Below, in pieces: positions 30,837-40,219 of a stretch of DNA of 64,000 bases. Where the stretch lies: the NCBI GenBank assembly GCA_963702445.1, contig CAVPCZ010000023.1:35004-99003 (forward strand). The letters are read 5' to 3'. A program made the position numbers and the translations under genes. The notes beneath the pieces were generated by a model. That model did not search any database and was not told where the DNA came from. It saw only the letters and a list, made by a program, of their open reading frames with translations. The first letter of the stretch is position 1. Each line of letters begins with the position of its first letter. The DNA is from Ignavibacteriota bacterium (GTDB lineage: Bacteria > Bacteroidota > Ignavibacteria > UBA10030 > UBA6906).

Positions 30837-31949
30837 TCACTGGAACCGGCCCGGATCGATGCCGGAATAGATGCGCAATGCGTTTCCATGATAGACCTTC
30901 TTCAGCACCTCATCGGGAAGATAGAGGCCGCAGATTTTCCAGCGCGTCATGTCCCAGCCGCCCATATAGTTGGGATACTCGAAGCATTCGTCACGTGTCT
31001 CCAGGAAACGGAAGTAACACCGGTACACCTCGGGCGAGGCGGGCGTATCGGTGGCGAAAAGAATCCGGTCCTGGTACTGAATCATGAAATCGCGCGCCGT
31101 ATAGGGCTGGCGGCCCAGCTCGTCGATCCGGGCTGAAAAATCGATATGCGTGTTCGGGCATTCGTCGAGCAGCCGGGCCACCGCCGCCAGATTTTCCGGG
31201 TATCCCCCCGCGTGCGGCAGGATAAACCGGGTTCGCGGATGGCGGGCGATCATCCGGTTGCGCTGCTCGAGAAGTTCCAGCTTGGAGTAACGTGAGCCGT
31301 GAAAGCTCCAGCCGGGGAACCGCTCCAGTGTGGCGGCGTGCTCGTTGTTTCTATCGATGGGATCGAAAAAGGCCGCCGGGTCGGCCGTGTGGATCAGCAC
31401 CGGCAGGCCAAGCTCGCCCGCGCGGCGCCAGACGGGATCCAGCCGCTCGTCGTCGACGCGCACGATCGACCCGTCGCGGTCCGTAAACTGAAGACCAAGC
31501 TGCTTGAGCACCTTCAGGCCGCACGCGCCCAGCTTCGCGTCGGCCTCCAATTCCGCGATCGTCCGCTCCACGAAGTCGTCGCGCTCGAACAGCGGACGGT
31601 CATCCCATCTGGCGAAGCCCGACATCGTGTACGCCATGAAGCGGCCGGGATAGCGGTCGATGACGGCTTCCTTGACAACGCGAAAGTCCCGCCGCTCGAT
31701 CGCGTAGCCGCCGTTATCGAAATACATCCGGGTGTTGCCGGTGACGTTGACATAGAGCCGTACGCCGGTCTCGTCCATGACGCCCAGGAGCGACTCGGGC
31801 CTGTCATCGCCCCAGAAATGGTTGTGGCTGTCGATCACCGGATAGCGGGCCTGCCGGGGGATATGGGAAGGCAACACTAACTGACACCGGGGCCAGAAGG
31901 CGCTGGCGGGATGGTTCCTGATCCGGGGATCTTCCGGCGTCCGGCTCAT
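30837..31949 (-). CDS. amidohydrolase_2 family (TIM-barrel metal-dependent hydrolase, ACMSD/LigJ-like)
   Basis: From ATG 31949 (MSRTPEDP...): VIDSHNHFW (HxH metal site), ...LPVLIHTADP..., ...FILPHAGG..., ...ILFATDTP... = the four metal-ligand strands of amidohydrolase_2. The ORF-track start 32171 is an out-of-context upstream extension overlapping the next gene. ATGA overlap with the DUF4432 gene. Confidence 0.7.
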   Translation of the reverse strand: MSRTPEDPRIRNHPASAFWPRCQLVLPSHIPRQARYPVIDSHNHFWGDDRPESLLGVMDETGVRLYVNVTGNTRMYFDNGGYAIERRDFRVVKEAVIDRYPGRFMAYTMSGFARWDDRPLFERDDFVERTIAELEADAKLGACGLKVLKQLGLQFTDRDGSIVRVDDERLDPVWRRAGELGLPVLIHTADPAAFFDPIDRNNEHAATLERFPGWSFHGSRYSKLELLEQRNRMIARHPRTRFILPHAGGYPENLAAVARLLDECPNTHIDFSARIDELGRQPYTARDFMIQYQDRILFATDTPASPEVYRCYFRFLETRDECFEYPNYMGGWDMTRWKICGLYLPDEVLKKVYHGNALRIYSGIDPGRFQ

Positions 31950-33112
31950 AGAAGCGGCCTCCCTCGATCGATCGTTCGATTCACCGTCGTGCGCAATTCT
32001 TCTATTTCGGCCGCGCCCTCGAGCACGCTCAGCTCCAGAAAAAACTCTTTCGTTTGACCCGGTTCGATCATGGCCAGCTGGCCGCGCTCGCGCAGGACGG
32101 CGCGATTCGCGCACGGCACATTGCAGGGCTCGATCCCCGTGACGTAGTCGCCCTGTCCCATCATTTTCCACTCGTTGAAGAATGGCAAGGCGAGTGCATC
32201 GAACTTCATGGCCAGCCCCAGGCCGCCCACCAGCGAGCGGTTGATCAGCGCCGCGCGTGCCATCCCGTTTTCATCCCCCAGGACGCGGTAAAGGAAGTTC
32301 TGCTCCTCGAATCCGGGGATGGGGGCGCTGAAATGCTGTCGCATGTCCATGGCCTTGCGGGGGGTCCGCTCGTGCGGCTCGCACTCCGCGGCCGAGACGA
32401 GCAATTCCGCCCCCTCGTCGAGCAGGGGGAAGCCGCCGTTGATGTGATAGAGGATTGTGAGCGGGGAAGCCTTGTAGCCGAAATTCTCGACACGGTCGTG
32501 GATACGCAGCCACTTCTCGCCAAGGCAGGCCGTGATCGTGCGCGTCAGCCGCAGCTTGTCCATGAACAGCGCGCACTCTTCGATCTCGCCCTCGACCTTG
32601 AGGTAATACTCATCCCCATCCCAGCCCGAGAGATCCGCAACCCGGCCGGCGGGCGAGGCCGAGTAGCGCCCGTGCAGGCCGAGATCCTCCCCGCCGTCGC
32701 GCCCCGGGCTGCCCAGATACGTCAGGCCGCAGGTGGTCAGCAGTCCGCCGAAAAACACGCGCAGCCACTCCAGTCCGCGCGCGTCGTAGTACGCCGGGTG
32801 GACTTCGCCGTTGGGGGTCCGATACACCAGGTTGATCCCCTTGTAGGAGGCCAGCGAGATGTCCAAACCGCGGCCGGGTACAACGCTGAATCGCAGCCCG
32901 GAACCCGTGTCGAAATCGATAACGGCGACCCCTTCGGCGCGCCCCTCGCTGAGCCGCGCGTGGCGCGTGCCGCCAAGCTGTGCCAGGCTGCCCACGCGGG
33001 ACATGATTTGCTCTTTTGTGTAAACCCGTCCGCCGATTTTCATATCATCCCGCCGCCTTCCTTCATAATGTTGGTTAACCAAAACCTCTTCCCGGGAATC
33101 GGATGGATCCAT
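31946..33112 (-). CDS. DUF4432 / aldose-1-epimerase-like (galactose mutarotase-fold) protein
   Basis: 388-aa intact ORF, beta-rich, with HING and glutamate-containing motifs (LTILYHINGGFPLLDEGAELL) resembling the mutarotase-like sandwich. Family call from memory of DUF4432, moderate. Confidence 0.5.
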   Translation of the reverse strand: MDPSDSREEVLVNQHYEGRRRDDMKIGGRVYTKEQIMSRVGSLAQLGGTRHARLSEGRAEGVAVIDFDTGSGLRFSVVPGRGLDISLASYKGINLVYRTPNGEVHPAYYDARGLEWLRVFFGGLLTTCGLTYLGSPGRDGGEDLGLHGRYSASPAGRVADLSGWDGDEYYLKVEGEIEECALFMDKLRLTRTITACLGEKWLRIHDRVENFGYKASPLTILYHINGGFPLLDEGAELLVSAAECEPHERTPRKAMDMRQHFSAPIPGFEEQNFLYRVLGDENGMARAALINRSLVGGLGLAMKFDALALPFFNEWKMMGQGDYVTGIEPCNVPCANRAVLRERGQLAMIEPGQTKEFFLELSVLEGAAEIEELRTTVNRTIDRGRPLL

Positions 33113-33128
33113 CCGGTCCGCAAGAAGA

Positions 33129-34511
33129 TCAGGGGAAGATCGCCTTGATGCCGGTCATCCCGCAGAAGTCCGCCAGAGCCGGCTGCAGCTCCTCTCCATA
33201 TCCCAGGCAGGCGTATTCGCTCGTCCAGTGCTTGAGCAGCTCGTCCATATCGCAGTGGGCCGTGACGAAGCCGTGCGGCCAGAAGGGGATGCCGCACTCC
33301 AGCTTGCGCGCCTCGATTTCATCCGCCGGCGGCTCGAAGATCGAGCAGCGGGTGATGACCATCTGGAACTCGCCGTTGACGCGGCCCAGGCGGGCCAGCA
33401 CGCCTTCTCCAACCTTGCAGATCAGCTTGACCGACAGGCCGCCCATTTCGCCCTCGGTGGGGATGCCGTGTTCGGCGAACCCGGCGGGACCGAGTCTGGA
33501 CGCCAGCGAAGGCGGACAGGCGCCATCGCCGATGATTTTGATTTCCTTGCGTTTTTTGTCGATGTGCTGCAAGTCGCCGTAATAGACCGGCTCCTTGCTC
33601 AGCCTGGTCAGCAGCCATACGGTCATGGCGGTGTTGAAATCGCCCAGCGTCGAGGTGCCATATCCGTCCTCGAGCATCATGCTCTGGGCGAAACAGCTCG
33701 CGCAATAATCGTCGCCCAGGCCGGGGAAAGACTGAATGGTGTAGAAGTCGAAATTCTCCCTGGCCACGATCTTCTTGAGCGCCAGGTAGAGACGGATCGA
33801 GCGCTCGTTGGCGGGATCCAGCGGCGGCGCCTCGCCAAAAAGTTGTTTCAATCGGGGTATCAGCGCCTGGATCTCGTCCGGGCCGACCTCCTCGGCCGCC
33901 CGGATCAGTTCGGTCGTGTCGCGCGAGTCGATATCGACGCCGAACGTGCGCATCCACTGCGAGGGGTCCGCCGCGCCGCACGTCTGGCCCATGCCCCGGC
34001 CGCCGAACGCGCCGATGGTCGCCATGTTGAGGGCATTCTTCAGGTGGGCCGCCTGGCAGTAGCTGACGATTTTTCCGATCTCGGCCGGATCGCCGGCTTC
34101 GCCGTAGACGAACTTGTGCGGGACGCCGATTTCCAGCATGCCGGCGTGCAGCACCAGCCCGCCCACCGGCCGCCAGCCCTGCGAGCCGGGATGCGTCCAG
34201 AGCAGCAGGCCCCGGCCTGACGCAGCGTAATCGCGAAGGGCGCCGGCCAGGTGGGCTGCCCAGACCCAGGTGCCCGAGAAGAGAATCACGCAGTCGATGT
34301 CCTCGCGGTTCTTCATGCTCTTCATCGCCGCCCTGGCCTCGGCCTTGGAGGCGATCACCGTTTCGTACTCGACCAGCTTGAGCCCGGCCCGCCGAAGCGC
34401 CTGTTTGGACTCGGCGACGATCCTGTTGTCGATGAACGGAACGCCCATCGGGTCTTGCAGACCATCCTTGTGGACGCCGTAGACGATGAATCCCACGGTT
34501 GGCTGGATCAT
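33129..34511 (-). CDS. L-fucose/L-arabinose isomerase-family sugar isomerase (short, ~460-aa subgroup)
   Basis: Intact 460-aa ORF, N-terminal Rossmann-like (MIQPTVGFIVYG...DCVILFSGTWVWAAHLAGAL) followed by the isomerase catalytic domain (FYTIQSFPGLGDDYCASCFAQSMMLEDGYGTSTLGDFNTAMTVWLL). Consistent with the FucI/AraA superfamily. Confidence 0.6.
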   Translation of the reverse strand: MIQPTVGFIVYGVHKDGLQDPMGVPFIDNRIVAESKQALRRAGLKLVEYETVIASKAEARAAMKSMKNREDIDCVILFSGTWVWAAHLAGALRDYAASGRGLLLWTHPGSQGWRPVGGLVLHAGMLEIGVPHKFVYGEAGDPAEIGKIVSYCQAAHLKNALNMATIGAFGGRGMGQTCGAADPSQWMRTFGVDIDSRDTTELIRAAEEVGPDEIQALIPRLKQLFGEAPPLDPANERSIRLYLALKKIVARENFDFYTIQSFPGLGDDYCASCFAQSMMLEDGYGTSTLGDFNTAMTVWLLTRLSKEPVYYGDLQHIDKKRKEIKIIGDGACPPSLASRLGPAGFAEHGIPTEGEMGGLSVKLICKVGEGVLARLGRVNGEFQMVITRCSIFEPPADEIEARKLECGIPFWPHGFVTAHCDMDELLKHWTSEYACLGYGEELQPALADFCGMTGIKAIFP

Positions 34512-34527
34512 CGGTGTTTCTCCTCGT

Positions 34528-36046
34528 TCAATGGTTTTCTTCGCTCAGCGTTTGTTCCAGATCCCGCAGGGCGGGATAGAGCTTCTTGTATTTCACGAAT
34601 TTTTCCTCGTAACGCGCGGCGCGGGCCCGGTCCGGTTCGAAGTGCGTCTCGGCGGCGATCCACTCCCGGGTCAGTGTCTCCAGCGCCGTTCCCGAATTGT
34701 GCCGCATGAGCCAGCATCGCCACGCCCAGGCACCCGGCCTCCGTGACTGCCAGCCGGGCGACGGGCCGGTTGAAGATATCGGCTTTGAGCTGCAGCCAGG
34801 CCGCGCCGCGGGCGCCGCCGCCGATGGCGCGCAGCTCGCGGATGGCCACGCCCGAGTCGTTCAGGATCTCCAGGTTCAGGCGCATCTCCAGGGTGACCCC
34901 CTCCAGCAGTCCGCGCAGCAGCTCCCCGCGCGAGGTGGTCAAGCGCAACCCCAGGATGGCCCCTCGTGTTTGGGCGTCGAAATAGGGTGTCCCCGAGGGG
35001 GTGAAATAAGGCAGCGCCATCAAATCCGTTGGCTCGGGCGCCATGCGTTTGAGCAGCAGGTCGTAGGGGTCCGCCCCGTCGCGCGCCGCCTCGGCGATCT
35101 CCTGGCGGCCGAACTCATCGCGGAACCACTTCAGCAGGTTTCCGCCGGTCAGGCAGAACGCCACCGTCGTGAACATTCCCCGCGCGGCGTGGTCGTACGT
35201 GCAGAGGTTGGCCCGGAACAACGCCTCGCTCTGCACGGGTGCGGCAAAGGCCGGCGTGATGCACTCGACCGTGCCGGTCCCGATCATCGCCACGCCTTCT
35301 TCTATTGCGCCGGCGCCGAGCGCGCCGCACGGCTGATCGTGTCCGCCCGCGACGACGATCGCCCCCCGGGCCAGGCCCAGCCCGCGCGCCATGGCCGGAG
35401 AAAGGCTTCCGGCCACAGAACCCGAGGGCAGCGGCCGCGCCAACCGGGCCGGGTCCAATCCGATCGCCTCCAGAATTTCTCCGCTCCATTCATGGCGGCG
35501 GATATCGAACAGCATCGTGCGTCCGGCCAGAGGCCAGCCGATGGCCGGGTCCAAACCCAGACGCAGTTGCAGCAGATCCTCGAAACAGAGGAACCTGGCC
35601 GCGCCGGACCAGATATCAGGTCGGTTTTCGCGCAGCCATAGAAGCTTGAACAGCGAGAACATGGGGTGGGCGGTGTGGCCCGTGATCCGATAGAGCCTCT
35701 CGCGGCCGAATGCCCCGCTCCAGCGGCGCGAAATCCCGGCGGCCCGCGCGTCGGAAGAGACCATCGCGTGGCAGAGCGGCCGGCCTTGCTCATCGACGGC
35801 CGTGAAGGCTTCGCCCTGGCTGGAGATCCCCAGGCCCGTGACCGGATCTCCCGGCACCCGCGCAGCCGCCTCGCGGATCACCGTCAGGCAGGCTTCGCAC
35901 ACGGCCACCGGATCAAGCTCGGCCCAGCCCGGACGGGCGTGAATCATGGGATACTCACGGTACGACGAGGCCAGAGTCCGGCCCCGTTCGTCGAAGACCA
36001 GCGCCTTGCAACCCGTCGTGCCGATATCGAGACCCATGCTGCTCAT
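34528..36046 (-). CDS. FGGY-family carbohydrate kinase (xylulo-/fuculo-/rhamnulokinase-like); single frameshift near 3' end (about 34650-34700)
   Basis: MSSMGLDIGTTGCKALVFDERGR (FGGY N-terminal ATPase motif), ...GHDQPCGALGAG..., ...IGGGARGAAWLQLKADIFNRPV.... The true C-terminus (…AARYEEKFVKYKKLYPALRDLEQTLSEENH*) is readable in another frame ending at 34528. The ORF-track tail (…PGPRRALRGKIREIQ…) is out-of-frame. Confidence 0.8.
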
Positions 36047-36097
36047 TGTTCGATGTTCCCCCTGGAAATTCCTCTGTACCGAATAGGGGCTGACTGT

Positions 36098-37135
36098 TCA
36101 GCCTCCACGGCCGCCAGCGGCGGAAGCGGACGACTTGAACCAGAGCCCGAGGTACTTCGCCACGACGCGCTTCATTTCCTCGAAAACAATCTCCTGCCGA
36201 TAGGCTGTCGTGTAGTGACTGAGGGAGGGCGGGCTGACCAGATCCGCCCCGGGGCCCAGCAGCCCCGCTTCGGTCCATTGCCGGGCGCGTCCGGCGCCGG
36301 CCACTTTGGCGGCATTCTTCATCATCGACTCCAGCAGCGGCGGGGCGCTTTCCCGCTCCATCGCCGTCCAGATGTTGACCTTGCAGATGCCGTCCTCGAA
36401 CAGGTTGCCGATCTGATCGGCCGTGACCGACGAGCAACCGTGCAGCACGATGCGCGCGCCGATCCGGGCCCTGATCCGCCGCGCCAGGTCGCCGCGGTAT
36501 TTCAGCTCCGCGGTGCTGGCCCGGTGTTCCGTGCCCAGGTTGGCCACGGCCATGTCCACGCCCGTCCGCGAAAAATAGAGCTCCGCCTTCTCCGGCGTGG
36601 TCAATGCCGGGACTTCCTTGCCCGTCGCATCGACGATCTCGTCGCAAGCCCCTTCGATCACAATCTCCTTCCCGCGCCTTGCGACGAAGCGGGCCGTGGC
36701 CGCGATGTTTTCGTCGAAAGGCAGCGCCGAGGCATCGAACATGATCGAGGAAAAGGGCGCCATGTCCCCGCCGAGCAGTTCATGGTCCAGATCGTGCTGG
36801 ATATGGTCCAGATGCGCCATGACCTTGAGCTTCTGGAACGGGGAACCTGCATCCGTCAAAATCTTCAAGTCGGCCATGAAGAGCTTGAGGCCGATCTCCC
36901 ATTGGCGCGTGTGGGTATAGTAAACCGACTGCGAGCGATGGGGGTAAAGGTTGGTCAGTGCCAGCGTGATCGGCACGTCCTCGTGTCCAACCCGCCGGCC
37001 GGCTTCGAGCGCCGCCGCAAGCACCGCCTCGGTGGTCGTCAGATTCTCCGAACAGAACGCCGGGATCACCCAGCCGCGCTCGGCGGCCCCGGCATAGACA
37101 TCCAGAACCGCGTTTCGGTCGGTCACAAGAGGCAT
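36098..37135 (-). CDS. class II fructose-/tagatose-bisphosphate aldolase family (FbaA/KbaY/GatY/IolJ-type)
   Basis: 345-aa intact ORF; Zn ligands in VMAHLDHIQHD and ...IVLHGCSSV...; GTEHRAS phosphate-binding loop. Classic class II FBA-family signature. Confidence 0.8.
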   Translation of the reverse strand: MPLVTDRNAVLDVYAGAAERGWVIPAFCSENLTTTEAVLAAALEAGRRVGHEDVPITLALTNLYPHRSQSVYYTHTRQWEIGLKLFMADLKILTDAGSPFQKLKVMAHLDHIQHDLDHELLGGDMAPFSSIMFDASALPFDENIAATARFVARRGKEIVIEGACDEIVDATGKEVPALTTPEKAELYFSRTGVDMAVANLGTEHRASTAELKYRGDLARRIRARIGARIVLHGCSSVTADQIGNLFEDGICKVNIWTAMERESAPPLLESMMKNAAKVAGAGRARQWTEAGLLGPGADLVSPPSLSHYTTAYRQEIVFEEMKRVVAKYLGLWFKSSASAAGGRGG

Positions 37136-37601
37136 GGAGGACTGGTCTCCTTACTTCGTGCTCCTCGTCGCGGTCGAGCGCATCATGCGGGCTTCACTAT
37201 CAGCCCGGGGATCGTGAAGCACAGCTTCTACGCGAGGAACACCGTGGAAAGAGCTGTTCGGATCCGGCAGCGTGTCGCTCGGGAGACGGGTCCAGGGATG
37301 CCGGATTGGTGTGCTCCATGATGATACGAGGGTCCACCAAGAAAATCAAGCAGGCCAGGCTGGATGGCTTCTCGCTCAGGGGGGGCCTCTTCGAGATGCC
37401 ATCCTGGTCGGAATTGCAGCATAAGCCATTTGCACTGCAGGTGGGTGAGACAAGGCGGGGTAATGGGTGGAATACGTCCCCCCCCTTACGGGCCACTCTT
37501 CACAAGGATGGAGTCTTGAAGAAGGAAACCCGAGGTGCGCTTTCGTGGTCAAAACAGAAGATGGTGGCTTCGCCGGGGAAAACGGAGAATGCACGGACAT
37601 T

Positions 37602-38300
37602 TCACCACCGGAATTGTTCCGGTATCACATCCCACCTCGTTCCAACCATCTGTACCCGGCCCTGGTCAAGAATTATGAATCGAGTGCACACACGCTGTGC
37701 GAATTCGATATCATGTGTTGCCATGAGCACGGCGGAAGGCAGAGAAGCAAGGACCCTGACGAGCTGTTTCTTACCCCGGGTATCAAGGCTTGTTGAGGGT
37801 TCATCCAGAAGAAGCAGGGGTGGCTTGCATATCAACGCCCCGGCAAGTGCCACACGAAGTCGCTGTCCGTGGGAAAGCTGATGTGGCGACAACTCCGCCA
37901 ACCCCGGTGCCTCGAGTTGAGCCAGTACATCTCTTGCGCGTTGATCTGCTTCGCCGGCGCTTATCCCTTTTCGCATAAGGCCAAAGGCGACATCGTTGAC
38001 GACCTTGGGAAAGAGGATCTGGTCTTCGGGGCTCGAGAACAGAAAACCAATTGTCTCGCGCACCGCAGTCAGATGTTCCTTTACGACATCGATGGTATTG
38101 ACACGAACCGACCCCGAGAAGGGGACAAGTCCGACAATAGCCATGAGCAGCGATGTCTTGCCGGACCCGTTGGCCCCGAGCAAAGCGACCTTTTCGCCCT
38201 GTGCGACTTCCAATGAGCAGTCACATGTTGCCGGATGACTGCTCCCGGGATACCGGACGGTGACGTTGTCCAGATGAAGGACGAGCCCCTCTTCGTTCAT
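37602..38300 (-). CDS. ECF/cobalt-type ABC transporter ATP-binding protein (EcfA/CbiO-like)
   Basis: From ATG 38300 (MNEEGLVLHLDNVTVRY...): Walker A GANGSGKTSL, signature LSHGQRLRVALAGAL, Walker B LLLLDEPSTSLD. Start overlaps the T-component gene. Confidence 0.8.
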   Translation of the reverse strand: MNEEGLVLHLDNVTVRYPGSSHPATCDCSLEVAQGEKVALLGANGSGKTSLLMAIVGLVPFSGSVRVNTIDVVKEHLTAVRETIGFLFSSPEDQILFPKVVNDVAFGLMRKGISAGEADQRARDVLAQLEAPGLAELSPHQLSHGQRLRVALAGALICKPPLLLLDEPSTSLDTRGKKQLVRVLASLPSAVLMATHDIEFAQRVCTRFIILDQGRVQMVGTRWDVIPEQFRW

Positions 38301-39073
38301 AGGTAACCCAGGAAACGGTTGGCAATGACCACGCTCATGATGAGTGCCGCCAAACACAGGGCAAACCAATCATGAAGGAACATAGGGCTCCTCGTAAATT
38401 GAGGCAAGGTGGTTCCATATCCCCGCAATTCCATCGTATTCGCAACACGTTCTGATTTCGCCACTACTCTTGGAAGCCACGTCTGGGGGAAATAGCGAAG
38501 GACGAGCAATGGTGTTCTGATTCCGGATGTTGCGCCCCGAATGGAAAACGCATTGGCAATCCGGGTCGTCTCGTCAAGAAGCAACCTGGTTTGATGCAGG
38601 ATCTGGAGCGTGAGAAGCAGGACGATCCGGGGAAGGGGAATGCGGGCCAGAGAGTCATGGAGTTCTGAAAATGACACGGTGGATAATGCCCCGACGACAA
38701 TCAGGGCGCAGCTCATCCCCTTGAGAGCAACGACGACAACATGCTGTTGCATGGCGGCGTCAACATCCGAAGAAGCTCTCCCCGAAAATGCCAGAGCGTC
38801 TGAACTTGCGATCATCGCATAGCAGAGAACCGGAGCTGACATGGACACCACTGCGATGGAGGCGCGCATCAGATGCCGCAGCGGCACTCCGCAGAGCAGG
38901 AGAAAGACGGCACTGACGCACAGCGTGAAGAGGATCCCTGCAACCGGATCCGGCAGAGAAATCAAGGCGGTCACCAGAACCAGCATGCCGCAAAGAAGTC
39001 TTGCATGCGGCGATAACCCCGCCAACGGACCGTTGCCCGAGCCAAACTGCCGAGGGTGGTATTCTCTCGTCAT
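38297..39073 (-). CDS. ECF transporter transmembrane T component (EcfT/CbiQ-like)
   Basis: 258 aa, 5-6 TM, with the conserved C-terminal arginine-containing coupling helices (…ANAFSIRGATSGIRTPL…) typical of CbiQ/EcfT. Confidence 0.65.
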   Translation of the reverse strand: MTREYHPRQFGSGNGPLAGLSPHARLLCGMLVLVTALISLPDPVAGILFTLCVSAVFLLLCGVPLRHLMRASIAVVSMSAPVLCYAMIASSDALAFSGRASSDVDAAMQQHVVVVALKGMSCALIVVGALSTVSFSELHDSLARIPLPRIVLLLTLQILHQTRLLLDETTRIANAFSIRGATSGIRTPLLVLRYFPQTWLPRVVAKSERVANTMELRGYGTTLPQFTRSPMFLHDWFALCLAALIMSVVIANRFLGYL

Positions 39074-39078
39074 ATTTT

Positions 39079-39702
39079 CTACGCCGATTGCTTGGTGGCA
39101 GCGATGAGGTACATGCGATCGTCGTCGACGGTCTTTGTGGGGATGAGACTGTTTGTCCGAAGAAGTGAGGCTAGCGTGGAGGCTGGCGGAAGAAGATCCC
39201 GGGCGATCGGGCCGCCGGCAGAAGTGTGAATGAGGTTGATCTTCTCTCTGGATTGGAGGTGGAGAATCGCGAGTGAGCCGTGGTTTCTGAGGACGCGGTG
39301 GACTTCCCGTGCGGCCGCACCGGGATCTGGAAAATGCGGCCAGCTGGAAAAGCAGACGACATGGTCAATGCTCGAATCGGGGACAGGCAGGTGCAGCGCG
39401 TCAGCAATATGCCAGGTGATCCTCCGGTCGTGACCTTTGGATTGCGCAACCTCAATCATGGCGGGAGAAAAATCAACGGCGTGAATGTGCCCATGGTCGG
39501 AAAGCACGTTGCGCAAAATGCCTGTCAATATCCCGGTACCACACCCCAGATCAAGGACCGCGTCTTCGGGTCCGATGTTGAGTTCCGCAACCGCATGCCT
39601 GAGCGCGGTCTCGAGCGCATGGATGTCCATGAACCCCTCCCACCTCTCCGCAATGCTGTCAAAATACTCCTGCCTGGGATTAGCGATCGGATTCTTGTCC
39701 AA
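39079..39702 (-). CDS. class I SAM-dependent methyltransferase (UbiE/COQ5-like fold) embedded in the transporter operon
   Basis: Motif I VLDLGCGTGILTGIL, motif post-I HAVDFSPAMIEVA, motif II/III region (IDHVVCFSSWPHF...LRNHGSLAIL). 207 aa. Overlaps neighbours on both sides. Confidence 0.8.
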   Translation of the reverse strand: MDKNPIANPRQEYFDSIAERWEGFMDIHALETALRHAVAELNIGPEDAVLDLGCGTGILTGILRNVLSDHGHIHAVDFSPAMIEVAQSKGHDRRITWHIADALHLPVPDSSIDHVVCFSSWPHFPDPGAAAREVHRVLRNHGSLAILHLQSREKINLIHTSAGGPIARDLLPPASTLASLLRTNSLIPTKTVDDDRMYLIAATKQSA

Positions 39703-40216
39703 GGGATCCTCCTTTCGTCCTCACCATGCGGACCAGGGGAGGAATGACAACCAGCATCAGCACAACTCCCGGCCAGCCCGCGACGAATGAAAGGCCCGCC
39801 ACAAATCCTGAAGGCAGGTTCATCACTTCTGCCAATGCATACATGAGGAAGAAGTTGAGAATGCGCCCGGCCAGGAGAACAGGAACGAGAAGCAGCCACT
39901 CGTTGCACCGCGGCCACCTGGCACGTGCGAGTGCGATGGTCCCGCACATCACGGCCAGTTCTGCAGACATGACGGGCGCGATGGGAGGGTAGAAGGGCGG
40001 CATGCTTGTCAGCAGCCCCGACATCAAGGGGACAATGAGCGCCGTCGTTGCAGCGACTCTCGCGCTGACGAGAAACGCCAGCAAGCACAGAGGCACGTAC
40101 ATAGGCATAAAGAGGGAGCCGAGATGAACAAGATGAAAGACGGCCGGCAACAGGAGTGCTGCTGCTCCCAGGAGACCGCCAAGTGCGATCTCGCGAGCTT
40201 CGGTGCGCGGACCCAT
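39680..40216 (-). CDS. small polytopic membrane protein, candidate ECF transporter substrate-binding S component
   Basis: 178 aa, ~5-6 hydrophobic helices, size and position (immediately upstream of T and A components) fit an S component. No sequence-specific family motif recognised; no CbiM N-terminal motif. Confidence 0.4.
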   Translation of the reverse strand: MGPRTEAREIALGGLLGAAALLLPAVFHLVHLGSLFMPMYVPLCLLAFLVSARVAATTALIVPLMSGLLTSMPPFYPPIAPVMSAELAVMCGTIALARARWPRCNEWLLLVPVLLAGRILNFFLMYALAEVMNLPSGFVAGLSFVAGWPGVVLMLVVIPPLVRMVRTKGGSLGQESDR

Positions 40217-40219
40217 GCG

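Noticed and set aside
37598-37612. CCGGAA-TTG-TTCCGG palindrome at the 3' end of the ECF ATPase gene (and GTCAAC-ATC-GTTGAC at 17608 after ppk2) as intrinsic terminators
   Set aside because: 6-bp stems with 3-nt loops and no downstream T-tract on the transcribed strand; too weak to call terminators.
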